This document shows, piece by piece, positions 49,278 to 61,900 of a stretch of 64,000 bases of DNA; position 1 is the stretch's first letter, and each line of letters starts with the position of its first letter. The notes below the pieces were generated by a model that was not told the DNA's origin, ran no database searches, and worked only from the letters and a program-made list of their open reading frames with translations. Position numbers and translations under genes: made by a program. The DNA is from Podarcis tiliguerta (taxonomy: Eukaryota). Where the stretch lies: assembly GCA_965153285.1 (NCBI GenBank), contig OZ229121.1. One strand, 5' to 3'.

Positions 49278-49658
49278 GGTTAAGGTAAAGGACCCCTGGA
49301 CAGTTAAGTTCAGTCAAAGGTGACTATGGGGTAGCAGCGCACGTCTTGCTTTTCAGGCTGAGGGAGCTGGTGTTTGTCCACAGACAGATTTCTGGGTCAT
49401 GTGGTCAGCATGACTCAACCGCTACTGGCGCAATGGAACACAATGACGGAAACCAGAGCACACACAAACACCATTCACCTTCCCGCCGCAGCGGTACCTA
49501 TTTATCTACTTGCACTGGCATGCTTTCAAACTGCTAGGTTGGCAGACGCTGGGACAGAGCAACGGGAGCTCTCCCCGTTGTGCAGATTTAAACTGCCAAC
49601 CTTTTGATTGGCAAGCCCAAGAGGCTCAGTGGTTTAGTCCACAGTGCCACCCGTGCCC
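49278..49658 (-). mobile_element. Sauria SINE (different subfamily)
   Basis: aaggtaaagggacccctg...cacagtgccacccgtg is the reverse complement of the SINE; TSD tctttWtgatata. Confidence 0.9.
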
Positions 49659-49838
49659 GCGTCTTTATGATATATGGTTTACGCATATATGCAACCTGAG
49701 CCTACAACTGGCAGTATCACAGCATTAACACCCCAAGCGGGTCTTGCTTCACCCATAGTGACAGCCTTGGATGTGAGCAGAAATCAGACGTATCCCCCTC
49801 TCAGAGACTTCAACCTGCTTCTTCCTTCAGCTCCTAGC

Positions 49839-49840
<2 letters not shown>

Positions 49841-49877
<37 letters not shown>
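49841..49877. repeat. (AC)n microsatellite
   Basis: About 18 units. Confidence 0.95.
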
Positions 49878-49881
<4 letters not shown>

Positions 49882-50354
49882 CAACTCTGGCTTTTGTCTT
49901 TCCTAACTACCAGCATATTGAGGGAGCAGGACTCATTCACTTGTCATCTGGCACAGCGCCACTTCCTTTGTTACCTTAACGACCCATAGTTAGAGGGCCA
50001 TTATCACACCAGGAAGCTAGCCTGGCTATTTCAGGAATTTGAATCATTAGATTGTCAGATTTTAAAACTTGCTATATACAGAAATTATAGGTGTTGAGCA
50101 ATTTCCATTGCTTTTGTTTGATTTGCTCATTGCAAACAGCTGAAAGTCTGTAAATTTTGTTAATAAACCTGATTTGCAATGGGGGTTGAATAATTTTGAT
50201 TACAACTGTTTACATGGAAATAGTGCTGTAAGATATCTCCCCCCCCCCCCCGCCAGAACTACTTTTGTTTAGAGCATCTTTCTGTAGATCATAGTAGTAC
50301 AGGATCTGAGACGTACAGCAAAGCTGAAATGTTGTAACTTCTAAAATGTTACAG

Positions 50355-50476
50355 TGAAAACGTTCAGCAGGCGTACTGGGAGTTGAAGCGGGAGATGTCT
50401 AATCTGCATCTGGTGACGGAAGTGCAAGCGGAAATGCTCAGAAAACTGAAACTGATCCCATCTGCAACCAAGAAAG
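50355..50476 (+). CDS. AZI2: AZI2 coding exon 6 (TBK1/IKKe-binding domain), ends at a GC donor
   Basis: ttacag|...AAG|gcaagt; 122 nt, phase 2->1; (S)ENVQQAYWELKREMSNLHLVTEVQAEMLRKLKLIPSATKK. Confidence 0.93.
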
Positions 50477-51984
50477 GCAAGTCAGAGTTTGCAGGATGAG
50501 GTCTTGGAAATGCAAGTCGCTTACCTAAGCTGCATCATTTTGGAGTACAGCTGCCTATTGCTCCTTCTCAAAACCTCATCAGTTGAAGCTCAGAAACCTC
50601 CGTTTTCTCTCTTGACTTCCGTCTCATAATGGTCAACTTAACACATAAAGGTGTTGCTGATGGGTTTTTTTTTTAAAAAATGTGGTTTTTCTCTTCCCGT
50701 GTGGCTTTCTTCCTCGGTCAAGTGTTGCTTATTTGTACGAGGCTGAGGTGTGAAGTTTAGTTGTATTTGACCTTTTTTACCACAAGTACTTCATATTGGA
50801 AAAAGCAGCAACAGACATTTCATTTTTCAAATGCATTCCTGTACAAATAGTCTCCTCTTAAAACAAACCAAAGCAGGTGAGGCAGACCCCCACGCCCCAA
50901 AAGAAAATGCATGCCTCATTTTCCTTAGCTGTTTACTGGGACAATTCATTAATCCTCAGGGCTGCTTTATACACAGTTAAACCTCAACCCAGAAAGCACT
51001 TCTACAATCTAGGCATGAAATTCACCTAACCAGCCATGTCAGGGGAAGCCCTGTGCAAGGACGTCCACTTGCTCCACAGGGATTTCCTCTCTCTTCCCTG
51101 TGCCTCCCCCAAATTATTAGTTTTGTGTGGGGACAGAACCCCTAGAATAGTGCACAGTGGGAGGAGGGGTTATTGTTCTTTGTGGACCACTTGGAACAGC
51201 ACAGCATTAAATCCCACCCTAGATGCCCTTCCCTGGTCTATGGGCCTTCCTGTTTGGGTGGCGATGGAAATTGGGAGTCCAACATCTGCAGAGCACAGCT
51301 TCGTCATCCCTGCTCAAGAACATAAGCGGTCGCCTATTTCCATGCAACTTTGAACCAGCTAATTGGCACAGGCTCACTGGTTCAGCTATAAAGCAGGGGT
51401 TGAATGTTAACTGTTAACTCACAGGGATGGAACCAAAACCCACCCCGACTCTACATCCCATGCTCTGCTGCTTTAAGGCTCCCCTCCCCCTTTGCTGATT
51501 TACATTGGAGATGCGAGGAGAGCAGCAGAAGGCTGGGCTGTTAAAGTAGAGGGTGAGCTTTTCTCCTGTCACCCTCTTTTTTAGCATTTCTTCCTCACGC
51601 GCACACACTCTTTTATAGCTGAACTGGTGAGTGTGTTCACTAAGCAGGAAGACGTATGAGACCTAGCCTGGAGGGGAACAAGCAGCCCTCAAGAAACCAC
51701 AGCAAGAAGCTGCCGTCTCCTTTACTCTGTCACCTCCAGAAGTCCCATTCAATGAGAAGATTGGATTTATTCCCCTATGTAGGTGATGTACTTAATTCTC
51801 AACGAGTTGAAACTGGGGTATTGAAGTCCTTGAAGAACTGAGTTGCAGTAAAGCCAAATGAATGGACAGAAGTTAAGAGATGCATTATAAGTAATTGGCT
51901 TTTGTCTACTGAAATAAAGTATAACAATTGTGTTAGTTTTGAGTGTCTCTTGTGTTAATTAGGTATTTTCTGCTATTTCCACAG

Positions 51985-52346
51985 TGCCACCACATGCTCC
52001 TGTTCAGTGTATTGAAGACCTTGAAAGGGACACCACAGATCTTTATTTAGCTGCTTCTGGAGCTGTGTACAAAAAGAGGCTACTTCCGTCGAGCGACCAC
52101 ACTTTCAGCAATGTTGTGTCTTCCCCCTCGTGTACTGACGAGAGACTTGTCCCAGTTCACGACTCTCCATTTCAGGAACCTAATTCGTACGGAAAGAGCT
52201 CTCTGGAAGATAATTCTTGGGTCTTCCCAAGCCCTCCAAAACCTAGTGAGACAGTGTTTTGGGAAACGAAAAACAGAGCGTCTCACTTAAACTTTCCAGA
52301 AAACAGTTTGGATCACTGTAACCAAAACTGCCTGCACAAGAGCTAA
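51985..52346 (+). CDS. AZI2: AZI2 terminal coding exon
   Basis: tttccacag|; (V)PPHAPVQCIEDLERD...SYGKSSLEDNSWVFPSPPKPSET...NQNCLHKS*; total CDS 1149 nt = 382 aa. Confidence 0.96.
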
Positions 52347-55300
52347 GAACTGTGGAACTTGATTTAGCTCTGAATGGGCTCCCATACACCTAAGAGGAAA
52401 ATAGCTAATGGGAAGGAGGGTGAAAGTGTGATAATCCAAGCAGGATTTTACTCTTCCCTTGTCTAATTTTGAAAGCAGGCCATGTACATCAATAGAAATG
52501 GTGTAAGGCCTAGAATACACGAGTCGGTCTTCGGATTGCACTCCTGCAAATTACTAGAGTATTAGGCCTCCGAGTAAAACAAAAGCTGTACATTGCAGCT
52601 AATTGTGTGAATGTTGCTTAAAATACAGTATCTTCAGACATTTCTACAAGCTTCGAGAATGTCCTTCCCCCTCTCCTTTTTGGACACTGTCTCTTCCTTC
52701 AGGCCTCTCAGGTAAACAATGGAATGTGATGTAGGTTTTACCTCCAGTTCTGAAACAGTGTCTGGTTTTTGTTCCCTACTCTGTGGCGTGCGCAGGGAAG
52801 AACAGGTAAATGATTGAAGTGATTGTGACTAAAACAGTAAGCCAAATGAGTAGATTTGCTGTCTCAGCTGTGTGTCATCTTTAGCCTTACAGTGAAGAAT
52901 CTGAGGTAGTAGAAATGGAGTAGAAATCTTAAAAAAACTTAAAGGCAAATACTTCCTTCATAAATAGTGGTGTTCTGGTATGATCCTAACCAAAATGCAG
53001 TGACCATTCGGGTGCCTATCTGCCAGTTACCAAAAAACTTTGCTTTATGACTCCTAAGTTCACTGACTGCTTTGATGTAGAAACCTCCAGGCGCCTTAAG
53101 CAGGAAGAACTGTAATATGATAAATGCATTTAATCTATGATAAAATTTATGTCCTATATTCATAAGGTGCATTGAAATGTCAGAAACATTATGTACATAC
53201 TCTCAATATTCTAACTATTGGCAGTCAGATAATTCTTAAGCTCCTGGTCCCTACCCTATATTACTGATTAGCTGAAATTAAGATTTTGTAGCAAAACCTA
53301 TTAATCAATATTGATTTGTTTTCAAGCAGAGAATAGTGGATGGTTTCAGAGCCTGTTAATGTCCGGGTTTCCAGCAATACTTTTTCCTCCTTGTCCTTTT
53401 GAGATGCAGTGGAGTAAGATTCTCTCATGTTGGAAAGGGCTGGTGAGGGCTGACAACACAGTGAGAGATCAGCTCCGAGTTTCCCTAGTTCTGTGCCAGA
53501 ATCTCATCTGATCATTTCAACCGTTACAAATTAATGCATTATGCCACCCTCCTCCTTCCTTCCCAACTTGGACTTGAAACACGACTGGGGAAAAGTAAAA
53601 TCTGCATTGGACCTAAGAGATCAGGGGTGAGCAACTTGCAAGCCTTGGCCCAATTCCAAAAGCCCTCTGCTGATGCTCATATCATCTGGTAGCGTAATGT
53701 CCCTTCCTGGTAGCTTGATGAGTGGAGAGAAAAAGTGTAGCCACACCCAGTATTGACTCTGGCCCTGCCTGCTTTTGGCCCCTGACAGATACCCCAAAGG
53801 AGACAGAATATGTTCTTCACCCCACTTAAGATGCATGTTCTTAAATAATAAAAATCACTTGCCTGGGTGCTGTGTGCCAGAGCAGTGCAAGCATATCAGT
53901 GATTTTCTGTAAAAGGAAACGTGGCTAAGTCTTCCCTTCCTTGCATTGCAGTTTAAATATTTATTCTTTGTCTCATACTGGAGAGAGTTTTATCTGTGGA
54001 AGAGGGAGAAAGGATGACTTCTACTGTGTTAGTGAATGGCATACATAAATAAGGTACATACCATTCACCCGATACTCTTATCTCGCTCACATAACCTGGC
54101 TTGTCTGTGATTAATGGAAATGGTGTCAGATGCTGGAATTTATTCTGACCAATGAACATAGCTGACTCAAGGGAGTACAATCTCCTGAAGAGTAATAGAA
54201 CAGAATCCAATATGCATAAAATAAATCCAAGTCACTAGAGTTTAGCTGATAGAACCAACTACCTGTGTAATAACAAAGCAGCAAAAGCCATTTCTCATGT
54301 GGCTGCAGAGCTCTGATGTGTTTCTCAAGGCTGCTTCTTGGGGTTACAGGGACTTGAATAAGTATCACTGTCCAGCACACTGACACAGTTAACGTTTTAA
54401 ACAATGTACTGGAGAAATGGTCGTATTTTTAAATAAATTATTTTTCTTTGAAAATGGCTTTCTATAAATTGATGCAAGTAGTCATTATTTTTTTGACTGC
54501 TACGTAGCTTTTGTACCTCAGCAATGTCCACAACTGCAAGATGCATGAATGAAACTTTAATATCTGGTGCATAATTCTACACCTCAGCAATCTCTTCGTA
54601 GATTTTTATTCTTCCTGGGCTGCTTATTGCTCCCTTACTATACATAGCAATACTCATATGAATACATTGTGTAGGTAAATGAATTCCTAAGTGGGAGGAG
54701 ACTTGTATGTTTTATGAGGTGCCATAAGTAGTGGGAACATTAACCAGCTCAGTTTCTTTAGGTGAGCTACTCATTGAAGTGGTTATTCTTTCTCTTTCAC
54801 CTTCCTATTCCATACACTGACACTCTAGTCTAGGTGTTACCATACCAAGGAACCCTTGAGCCTATTTGTGCTACATGAGTCTTAACCTGCAGAAGTCCAA
54901 TAGTATAAAGTGTATGGTTTGCATGCAGAAAATGCCACACTCAATCTCCAGGCTATGAAGATAAAAGTTGGGAAGGATCCTGTAAGAAACCCTGGAGCAC
55001 AGAAAGCCATTGCAGTGCCCTTTAATGTTTCTAGCCTGCACATTCCATCCATTCTTGACCGTTCGCCATGTTGGCTAAGGCTGATGGAAGTTGTAGTCCG
55101 CTAACAGCTGGAAGGCACCCCCCCCCCCGGTATCAACAGATAACAGTGGGTGGATGGACAAGTGTCCTGGCTTAGCATAAGGGCAACTTCCTATGGCTTT
55201 TTACACTGCTGTGGGGTACACCAATAAAAAAGATGGGGCTAATTTAAGGAGGGAAACCAGTAGCTTTTAGCAGGGGAAGAATGGCTGTAATCTGAATTTG

Positions 55301-56713
55301 CCATTCAGTTGCTTCTCACAGTTCTCCCTCCCTTCCCAAGCAAAACTTTTGAGTTTAAAATCACTTCGGAACTTGTGAGTTTGTGAAGCATTCATGCATT
55401 GCTCTTTTAGCAAGGTCTTCAATTAGACAAATAAGGCTCTGCCCCCTTTAAGCATTTTCTACTCTTTAAAAAACCAAAGGCTTCCTGCTCTGGCTTTTTG
55501 CCTTGAGGTACCATAGAAAGTCTAAAGGCTGCCTCGTACACAAATCCAGCCGGTCTGATCAATATGGAAGTAGGTGTGAAAGTTGGAAATTCCCAGAAGT
55601 GTTGAAAGAGATGCCTCTGCAAATGGGTTAGTTGCAGGATGTTTTTTTAAAAATAACAAAAAAAAAACTTAGGAAAGTTTTGTTTTAAATTTGATTTGGT
55701 CAACAATATGCTTTGCTGCATATCCAATTATCATTACAGAATTGAACTGAAACAAATACACGAAGTTAGGATATGGCGAATAAAAATAAGTGGAAGGTTA
55801 AAACAAACCTTTTATTTTGTGTATTTAGTATAGCGATACTTCCTTTCTGGACAGTCAGGTTTACAGTATCATGCCATTGGTTAACAGCACTTTTACTCTT
55901 TCCTATCCTGCACTTCTACAATTTATCCCCCCCCCCTTTCCTTTACATCAGAAATTGATGATGAACTCCAAACTGCACTTAGCCCCAGCCAGTCTGGCCA
56001 ATCCCTGGTAACAATGGGTGTTGCATTGAAACATGTGGAGGCTGCTGCTCCGCACCCCCTTTTTATGCTGATCCTCTTGCTTTCTTGTTTGCACTCCAAA
56101 ACAAGACACTCAGTGCCTTTTTGCCCTGCTTAGTAAGTTCATCTCAATTAAAGGGGCTTCCCCTGAAGAGATGGAGGAAAACCTCAATGGACATTTGAAT
56201 GTATCTTGACTTTATTTTCCTTCACAGTTCATGGCCTTATGAATAAAAACCAGGGTGGAGAGACTGCAAGAGGAAGTGAGGATTAGATTGCCATGCTTGG
56301 TATATACCCAAATCAGTACAGCTTCTGTGAATCCCTGGTAAGTTGGAGCAGGGCTTGCAGTATACTTCAGCATCAGCTGGTGTGCAGAATTTGGGTACAC
56401 AGTTCCCAAGCAGAACTGAAGAGTCAACTCTCCACCCATCCGCTTATCCTGCTTTCTGCAGCCATTTCTACCTGCCCTCATGCCTGATGTTACATATGAC
56501 ATCAGAGCTTTTAGAAAAATAATTGCGGTATCCTGAAAAAAATTAGTATACGTTTAGCTTAAGCTGTCTGGAAAATTGCTTCTACTGTGAATAAAAGTGT
56601 ATAACGGAACTGGAATAGTTTACCTTCCTTGGAAGACTTTTCATTTGAGGTTTTAAGCAGAGGATCATGCCTTCTGGCTTCCTGTATTACAATATGAAAG
56701 CATAGAAGCTCCA

Positions 56714-56719
56714 TTTATT
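56714..56719 (-). terminator. CMC1: Candidate CMC1 polyadenylation signal AATAAA
   Basis: tttatt on the + strand, about 100 nt downstream of the CMC1 stop codon. Confidence 0.5.
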
Positions 56720-56818
56720 TCAGCAAGATTGGGTTAGGGAAAAGTGATTGTAAGATCAATTCCATGATATCAAAGGTATATAAAGTTAAAGTGTCAGCCA
56801 AAACATTTAAGACTTTGA

Positions 56819-56933
56819 CTACATGCTTGTAGGAAGCCTCTGCTGCTTTCGACGGTTTCCTGTTTCTCTGAACTCTTCCCTTTGCTTCAAATATTCAGCC
56901 TTGCATTCTTCATAAAACGATGGATCATTGTAG
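56819..56933 (-). CDS. CMC1: CMC1 (COX assembly mitochondrial protein, twin CX9C) terminal exon
   Basis: tcttctag|; (Y)YNDPSFYEECKAEYLKQREEFRETGNRRKQQRLPTSM* vs human YNDPAFYEECKMEYLKEREEFRKTG...KLPTSM. Confidence 0.96.
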
Positions 56934-57236
56934 CTAGAAGACAGGCAAAATGCGTTCATTAGGTCTCACAATTTCTCTACTCGATTTTAGTTACTAAACT
57001 ACTTAAATACACGTAGGAAATGGTGCAGGGAAAGCAACAACAGCGATACCGATTCTGTGGTGGGTATTCTGTGTGAGTGTGCAACCATAGCTGGTGTTTA
57101 CTTCTTGCTCATTTTTAAGAGAAGGCAACTCATTAGCCTGCTGTTGCAGAGATGTGTGAAATGTGTGTAGGAGACTGCATTGATACCTACACCCCACAAC
57201 CACAAATTGATAGTTCTTGTTGAATTGCCTGCAAGG

Positions 57237-57289
<53 letters not shown>
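57237..57289. repeat. Compound (GT)n(GA)n microsatellite
   Basis: Seen directly. Confidence 0.95.
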
Positions 57290-57291
<2 letters not shown>

Positions 57292-57639
57292 TAAATCACC
57301 TTCTTTCTAATACTTAGCAGTTGGACCTTCTCTTTTCATCTTGCTACAAATGATGGGGGAGGGGTGTAGAATGCAATATATGGTCCAAACTCATATGAAA
57401 AGAGTACGAGAGAAAAAATAGTACTGCCTTGTTAATTCTAGGGTCTTTGCACTTGCAAAATGGAACTTCAGATTCTCCGCCTTGCAACCCTCCATTACAC
57501 CCTCAATATTCCCCAGAAGGTTAGGCATGTGTAGGTGGGGGGGAGATGAAGGTGCTGTTAGGAACTAAGGCTCACACAACACTGGATTTAACCCTGCGTC
57601 CCCTTAACAAAACAGGCAACCTCAGAACAGAAGGCTGCA

Positions 57640-57955
57640 TTTCACAATAGCTGCTTTGTTCTTAAAACTGACTAGAAACTTACAGCAGGAGGGCTCCATC
57701 ACTTTCTAAGCAAGTCTCTCTGACTCTTGTAAGTGGCAGTTCTCACACGGCCAGGAAGTTCCTCCGAATGTTTAGCCAAAAAACCCTTTCTTGTAATGTG
57801 AACCCATTGGTTCAGTTCCTACACCCTGAAGCAACGTACATTTGCATCCTACGTTGCATCCCTTCAAATATCTGAAAATGGTTGTCATATAACCTCTTAA
57901 TCATCTCTTCTCCAGCCTAAACTGTTCATCATAGGACTGGGTCTTCAAGCTTTTT
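57640..57955 (-). mobile_element. Old CR1-like LINE 3' fragment (approximate boundaries)
   Basis: Minus strand cagtttaggctggagaagagatgattaagaggttatatg...ttcagatatttgaaggg...aggaacttcctggccgtgtg (LFSLEKRRLRGD-type remnant). Confidence 0.65.
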
Positions 57956-57990
57956 AATGCGACATAAGATGCAATGGTATAACCTAGGTA

Positions 57991-58478
57991 TAACCTAAAA
58001 AGCAGAGACATCACCTTGCCAACAAAGGTCCGTATAATTAAAGCCATGGTTTTCCCAGTAGTGATGTATGGAAGTGAGAGCTGGACCATAAAGAAGGCTG
58101 ATTGCCAAAGAATTGATGCTTTTGAATTATGGTGCTGGAGGAGACTCTTGAGAGTCCCATGGACTGCAAGAAGATCGAACGTATCCATTCTTAAGGAAAT
58201 CAGCACTGAGTGTTCACTGGAAGGACAGACCCTGAAGCTGAGGCTCCAATACTTTGGCCACCTCATGAGAAGAGAAGACTCCCTGGAAAACACCCTGGTG
58301 TTGGGAAAGATGGAGGGCACAAGGAGAAGGGGACGACAGAGGATGAGATGGTTGGACAGTGTTCTCAAAGCTACCAGCATGAGTTTGACCAAACTGCAGG
58401 AGGCAGTGGAAGATAGGAGTGCCTGGCGTGCTCTGGTCCATGGGGTCACGAAGAGTCGGACACGACTAAACAACAACA
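57991..58478 (+). mobile_element. BovB/RTE LINE 3' fragment
   Basis: Highly similar to 19075-19564; (CAA)n tail; 10-bp TSD aacctaggta. Confidence 0.95.
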
Positions 58479-58885
58479 AACCTAGGTAGATACTTTATCA
58501 AGTAAGTGAACCAGAAGGGTAACACCCCATACAAGTTATACACAGGGCATATTTTGTTTAAGTACTCAGTAGTATGGAGTAACTTTTTTTTTTGCTTGCC
58601 ACGATAGCCATTTTGTGCTGGCACACCTGACACTTAATGTAAAAGAGTACTTGCATCTCATTTGTTACAAAAAAGAGCGCTACCTCGTATAGATACATCT
58701 AGATTTTGTATCATATACTACCTATTGAGACTAAGATGATCAATCTTGTCTGCTTTTAGAGACCACTTTATTTTTAGTCCTCTTCTAAATTAGCTCACTC
58801 AACCCACCCACACACACATAGCAAGAGGTATTAGATTACTCTTCCTTTAATTTATTGCTTGGTGTGGACCATGCATTGTACTTAC

Positions 58886-58976
58886 TAGCCAGTGACGCAT
58901 TCTTTCAAGGCTGCATTTTCTTCTCTGCATTTTACCACCATCAGAATGCCTGAATCCTGGCAACATTTGGTGAAGG
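58886..58976 (-). CDS. CMC1: CMC1 penultimate coding exon (upstream exons lie right of the window)
   Basis: tgtttcag|...|gtaagt; 91 nt, phase 1->2; FTKCCQDSGILMVVKCREENAALKECVTG(Y), includes a C-x9-C motif. Confidence 0.96.
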
Positions 58977-61900
58977 CTGAAACAAAATTTGGGACAACTG
59001 GGGTTATACTGAATAACGTGTCAAGTGTAAATAGGTTGTGACCCTTGCTCTTGATCAGCAGTCTAATACAACTTCACTGCAGCAAAGTACACATTCAGCA
59101 CAGTAGTGTACTTATGTTTCTGAAAAATGACAGAGGTCTATCACACAACTATCACCCCGAACATGTGGAATGTCACTTGTTTGAAAACTGCTTTGTGCAC
59201 TAAAGCAGAATGCAATACTGGTAATACTGTGGAGCGTTTTTGCGCTATTGACTGGTCACAGTATTAGAGACAGTATTGGACTACAGGGATACTGACTTGA
59301 TTTAGGAATAAAGTTTTACATCAGAGGCGATAAACCTGCGACCCTTCAGATGTTGGAAGTCCAACTTCCACCAGCCCCTGTCAGTATGGCCAATGCTGAG
59401 GGATGAAGGGAGAATCTGATGATAATGCCTATCCCTTGGTGTATTCAAGAAAAAAATTGAATACCACCTCCTCCTTCACTGCTATACATATCACATAACA
59501 TTTTACCCAATGGACAACCCCTTTATGTGCAGGAAGATTTAGATAATTTTCAAACAAGCAGTTTTGCCAATGCACAATCTCAAGGACTGTTCCACAGTGC
59601 GGCATGTAGAAGTGTTTAAAACAACAACAACACCCACCCCACCTTCATTTGCTAGTAAATTACTCTTCTCCATCTTTGCACCGTGAGTTTTATCAATTTA
59701 ACTGTTACAACAAACTTGCTCCTATTACAAAGTGATGTAATATTCCATACAAAACGGACTAAACTTACATGTCCCGAAATAGTTCAAGAAAACAAAACAA
59801 AACAAAAAGCAACATTTATATTGGGGCCGAAACGAAGCAGTCCATATTGCCCCAATAAACCAGCTGTTCTATGTCAAATGGGTTTGGTGTAAAATCTTCC
59901 TTAGCCTGGATGAATAATAAACACAGTGTAGGCTATAGATGCACATAGCCTGACCTTTTGATTGTGCTAGCTTCTGCTAGGGTAGTTAGTGGAAGAGGGC
60001 TTGAAAGGGGCTAGTTGTGGACATTTTAAAACCCTGTGCGCAGTATTGCAATACCCTGCCATCACCCTAAGCTTGTTAAACAAGGTTTCCGCTCTTTATT
60101 TATTCCCCTCCCCTTACAACTTTATGTCCTTACTAGAGCACATGGGGAAAACTCCAAAGTTCCTCTAACCCTTCCAAGGAAGCTCAGCCAGATATTGCCC
60201 ACCAGATAGTCTCGCTAAATAATATCACTTTTCCATGCTGGGGTAGGGAAGCAGCCAAACTGTGTTCATGAGGGATTTCATCTTCCAGCAGTAGCTGCAG
60301 GTCTCAAGGCTGCCTGGTGATCAACCCCTGGTGCAGCTCAGCTTCGAATGACCAGAAACTCGGCCGTCACTACATTGGTGCACTGAAAACATATGGATGT
60401 AAGAAGAGCCCGGCTGCAATGGCCCTCCTGGTCCAGCATCCTGGTCTCCCAGTGACTAATCAGATGCCCATGGGAAGCCCACAAGTGCAGGAGCACAAGG
60501 GGAGGAGCGAAGGGCCCCACTGTTCTGATGGTGTGTGTGTTGTTTTAAGGCTGTTTTATCGGTACTCTCCAAATGCATCAAATTATTCCAGCCATTAAAA
60601 TTTGCATTGGGAAGCTGTCCAAGTCACCGATAATGCTTGATTGTATTAGTCGAGAATAAAACAAGCCTTCGCCGAGAAGTATTTTCTTACTTGGTGACCG
60701 CTCTGATCTTCAAGCTCAGCCACTCCTGGCCTGCTGCCTTGAGCTTTTTGTAAGGTCTTTCTCACTTGTTTAGCAACAAGGTTGTAATTAGGCTCCCCCC
60801 GCCCCGCCGCTTCGCACTGTGTAACAAATTAACACTGCTCATACTTGGGAGTGATCTTCAATACTACTAAACTATTTATGAAACAGTATTTATTCTGCAA
60901 CAAATTCAGGAGGTGAAACCCTTCTCCTTTTCATACTGCTTTCAACAAGTCAGGGCCCGTGTGATAACACAGCTAGACTTTGATTAGCATTTTGCACCGC
61001 TGATTCCGATGGACCACTTCACGCAAGCCTGTTTTCTTTTGCAGATACAACCTCCGTGTCTGAAAGCCCATTGTGCGATAAACACACACATGTATTTTGC
61101 CATATGCAAAATCCAGAAGGTGACCAGCTCTCGTATGGTTGTCACCCAGGACTTCTGGCGTGCAAAAAAGCACTCCTGGCATCTTCTATGAAGCCAGAAG
61201 TGCTCCGATGGCAAGAGTGCTATTATTTATCCTCCAGGAAATTCCTGAAAAAGGAACTCCAACATATTCCTGGTGGGCTTGCAATAGGTCTGATCAGTGA
61301 ATCTGGAATATAAATGAGAGCTCTGCTGTTTAAGGGGATAGTTTAAATAAAGAGCACTTCTGATCAATGAAAACTGTTAACCTGCTTAATTGGGCATTGG
61401 GTTAAAAAGATCTATTTTTAAAAATTACATGTCTGCATAAACACTGAAAATGGCAAGCACCGGGTTACAGGACATTGCTCTCTCACACACAGTAAGGCAG
61501 GGATCAGAAACCTGTGCACCTTTAGATGTCATTGAACTTCCAAGTCCTCCACTAGCCCCAGACAGCATGACCAATGGTACCAGATTAATATTGAGTTGTA
61601 GTCCAACATCATTCGGCGGGGGGCATCCTACAATAAGGAATGCCTCTAAGGTGTTATATATTGCTTAATCAAAATATCTCTAAGTGGCTTGCATAATAAT
61701 ATCGTGCCTGCTACGATCATATGCAGATCATCCAAAAAAAAAAAAGAAAGAAAGAAATAAAGGATGCTTTTTTCTTCAGTACAGTTGTTCTTATGTATAT
61801 GCAAATTCAACTGGTGAATGAATGAGTTAATAAACTCAGGCTGCTATGCTATATATGCTTTAGCTGGTTGTAAACCCCATTCAATGTAGTAGGTCTTACT

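Noticed and set aside
55585-55594. NF-kB consensus GGAAATTCCC downstream of AZI2
   Set aside because: A single 10-mer with no cluster or conservation evidence; a similar word occurs in a MITE near 998.
55500-55620. Minus-strand peptide YFHIDQTGWICVRGSL, superficially cadherin-like
   Set aside because: Short, ends in a stop, and no supporting exons were found; a profile search would be needed.
60973-61313. Cluster of four short ORFs in the CMC1 intron
   Set aside because: No homology recognised, and all frames after the nearby acceptor close quickly; may be conserved non-coding DNA but cannot be supported.
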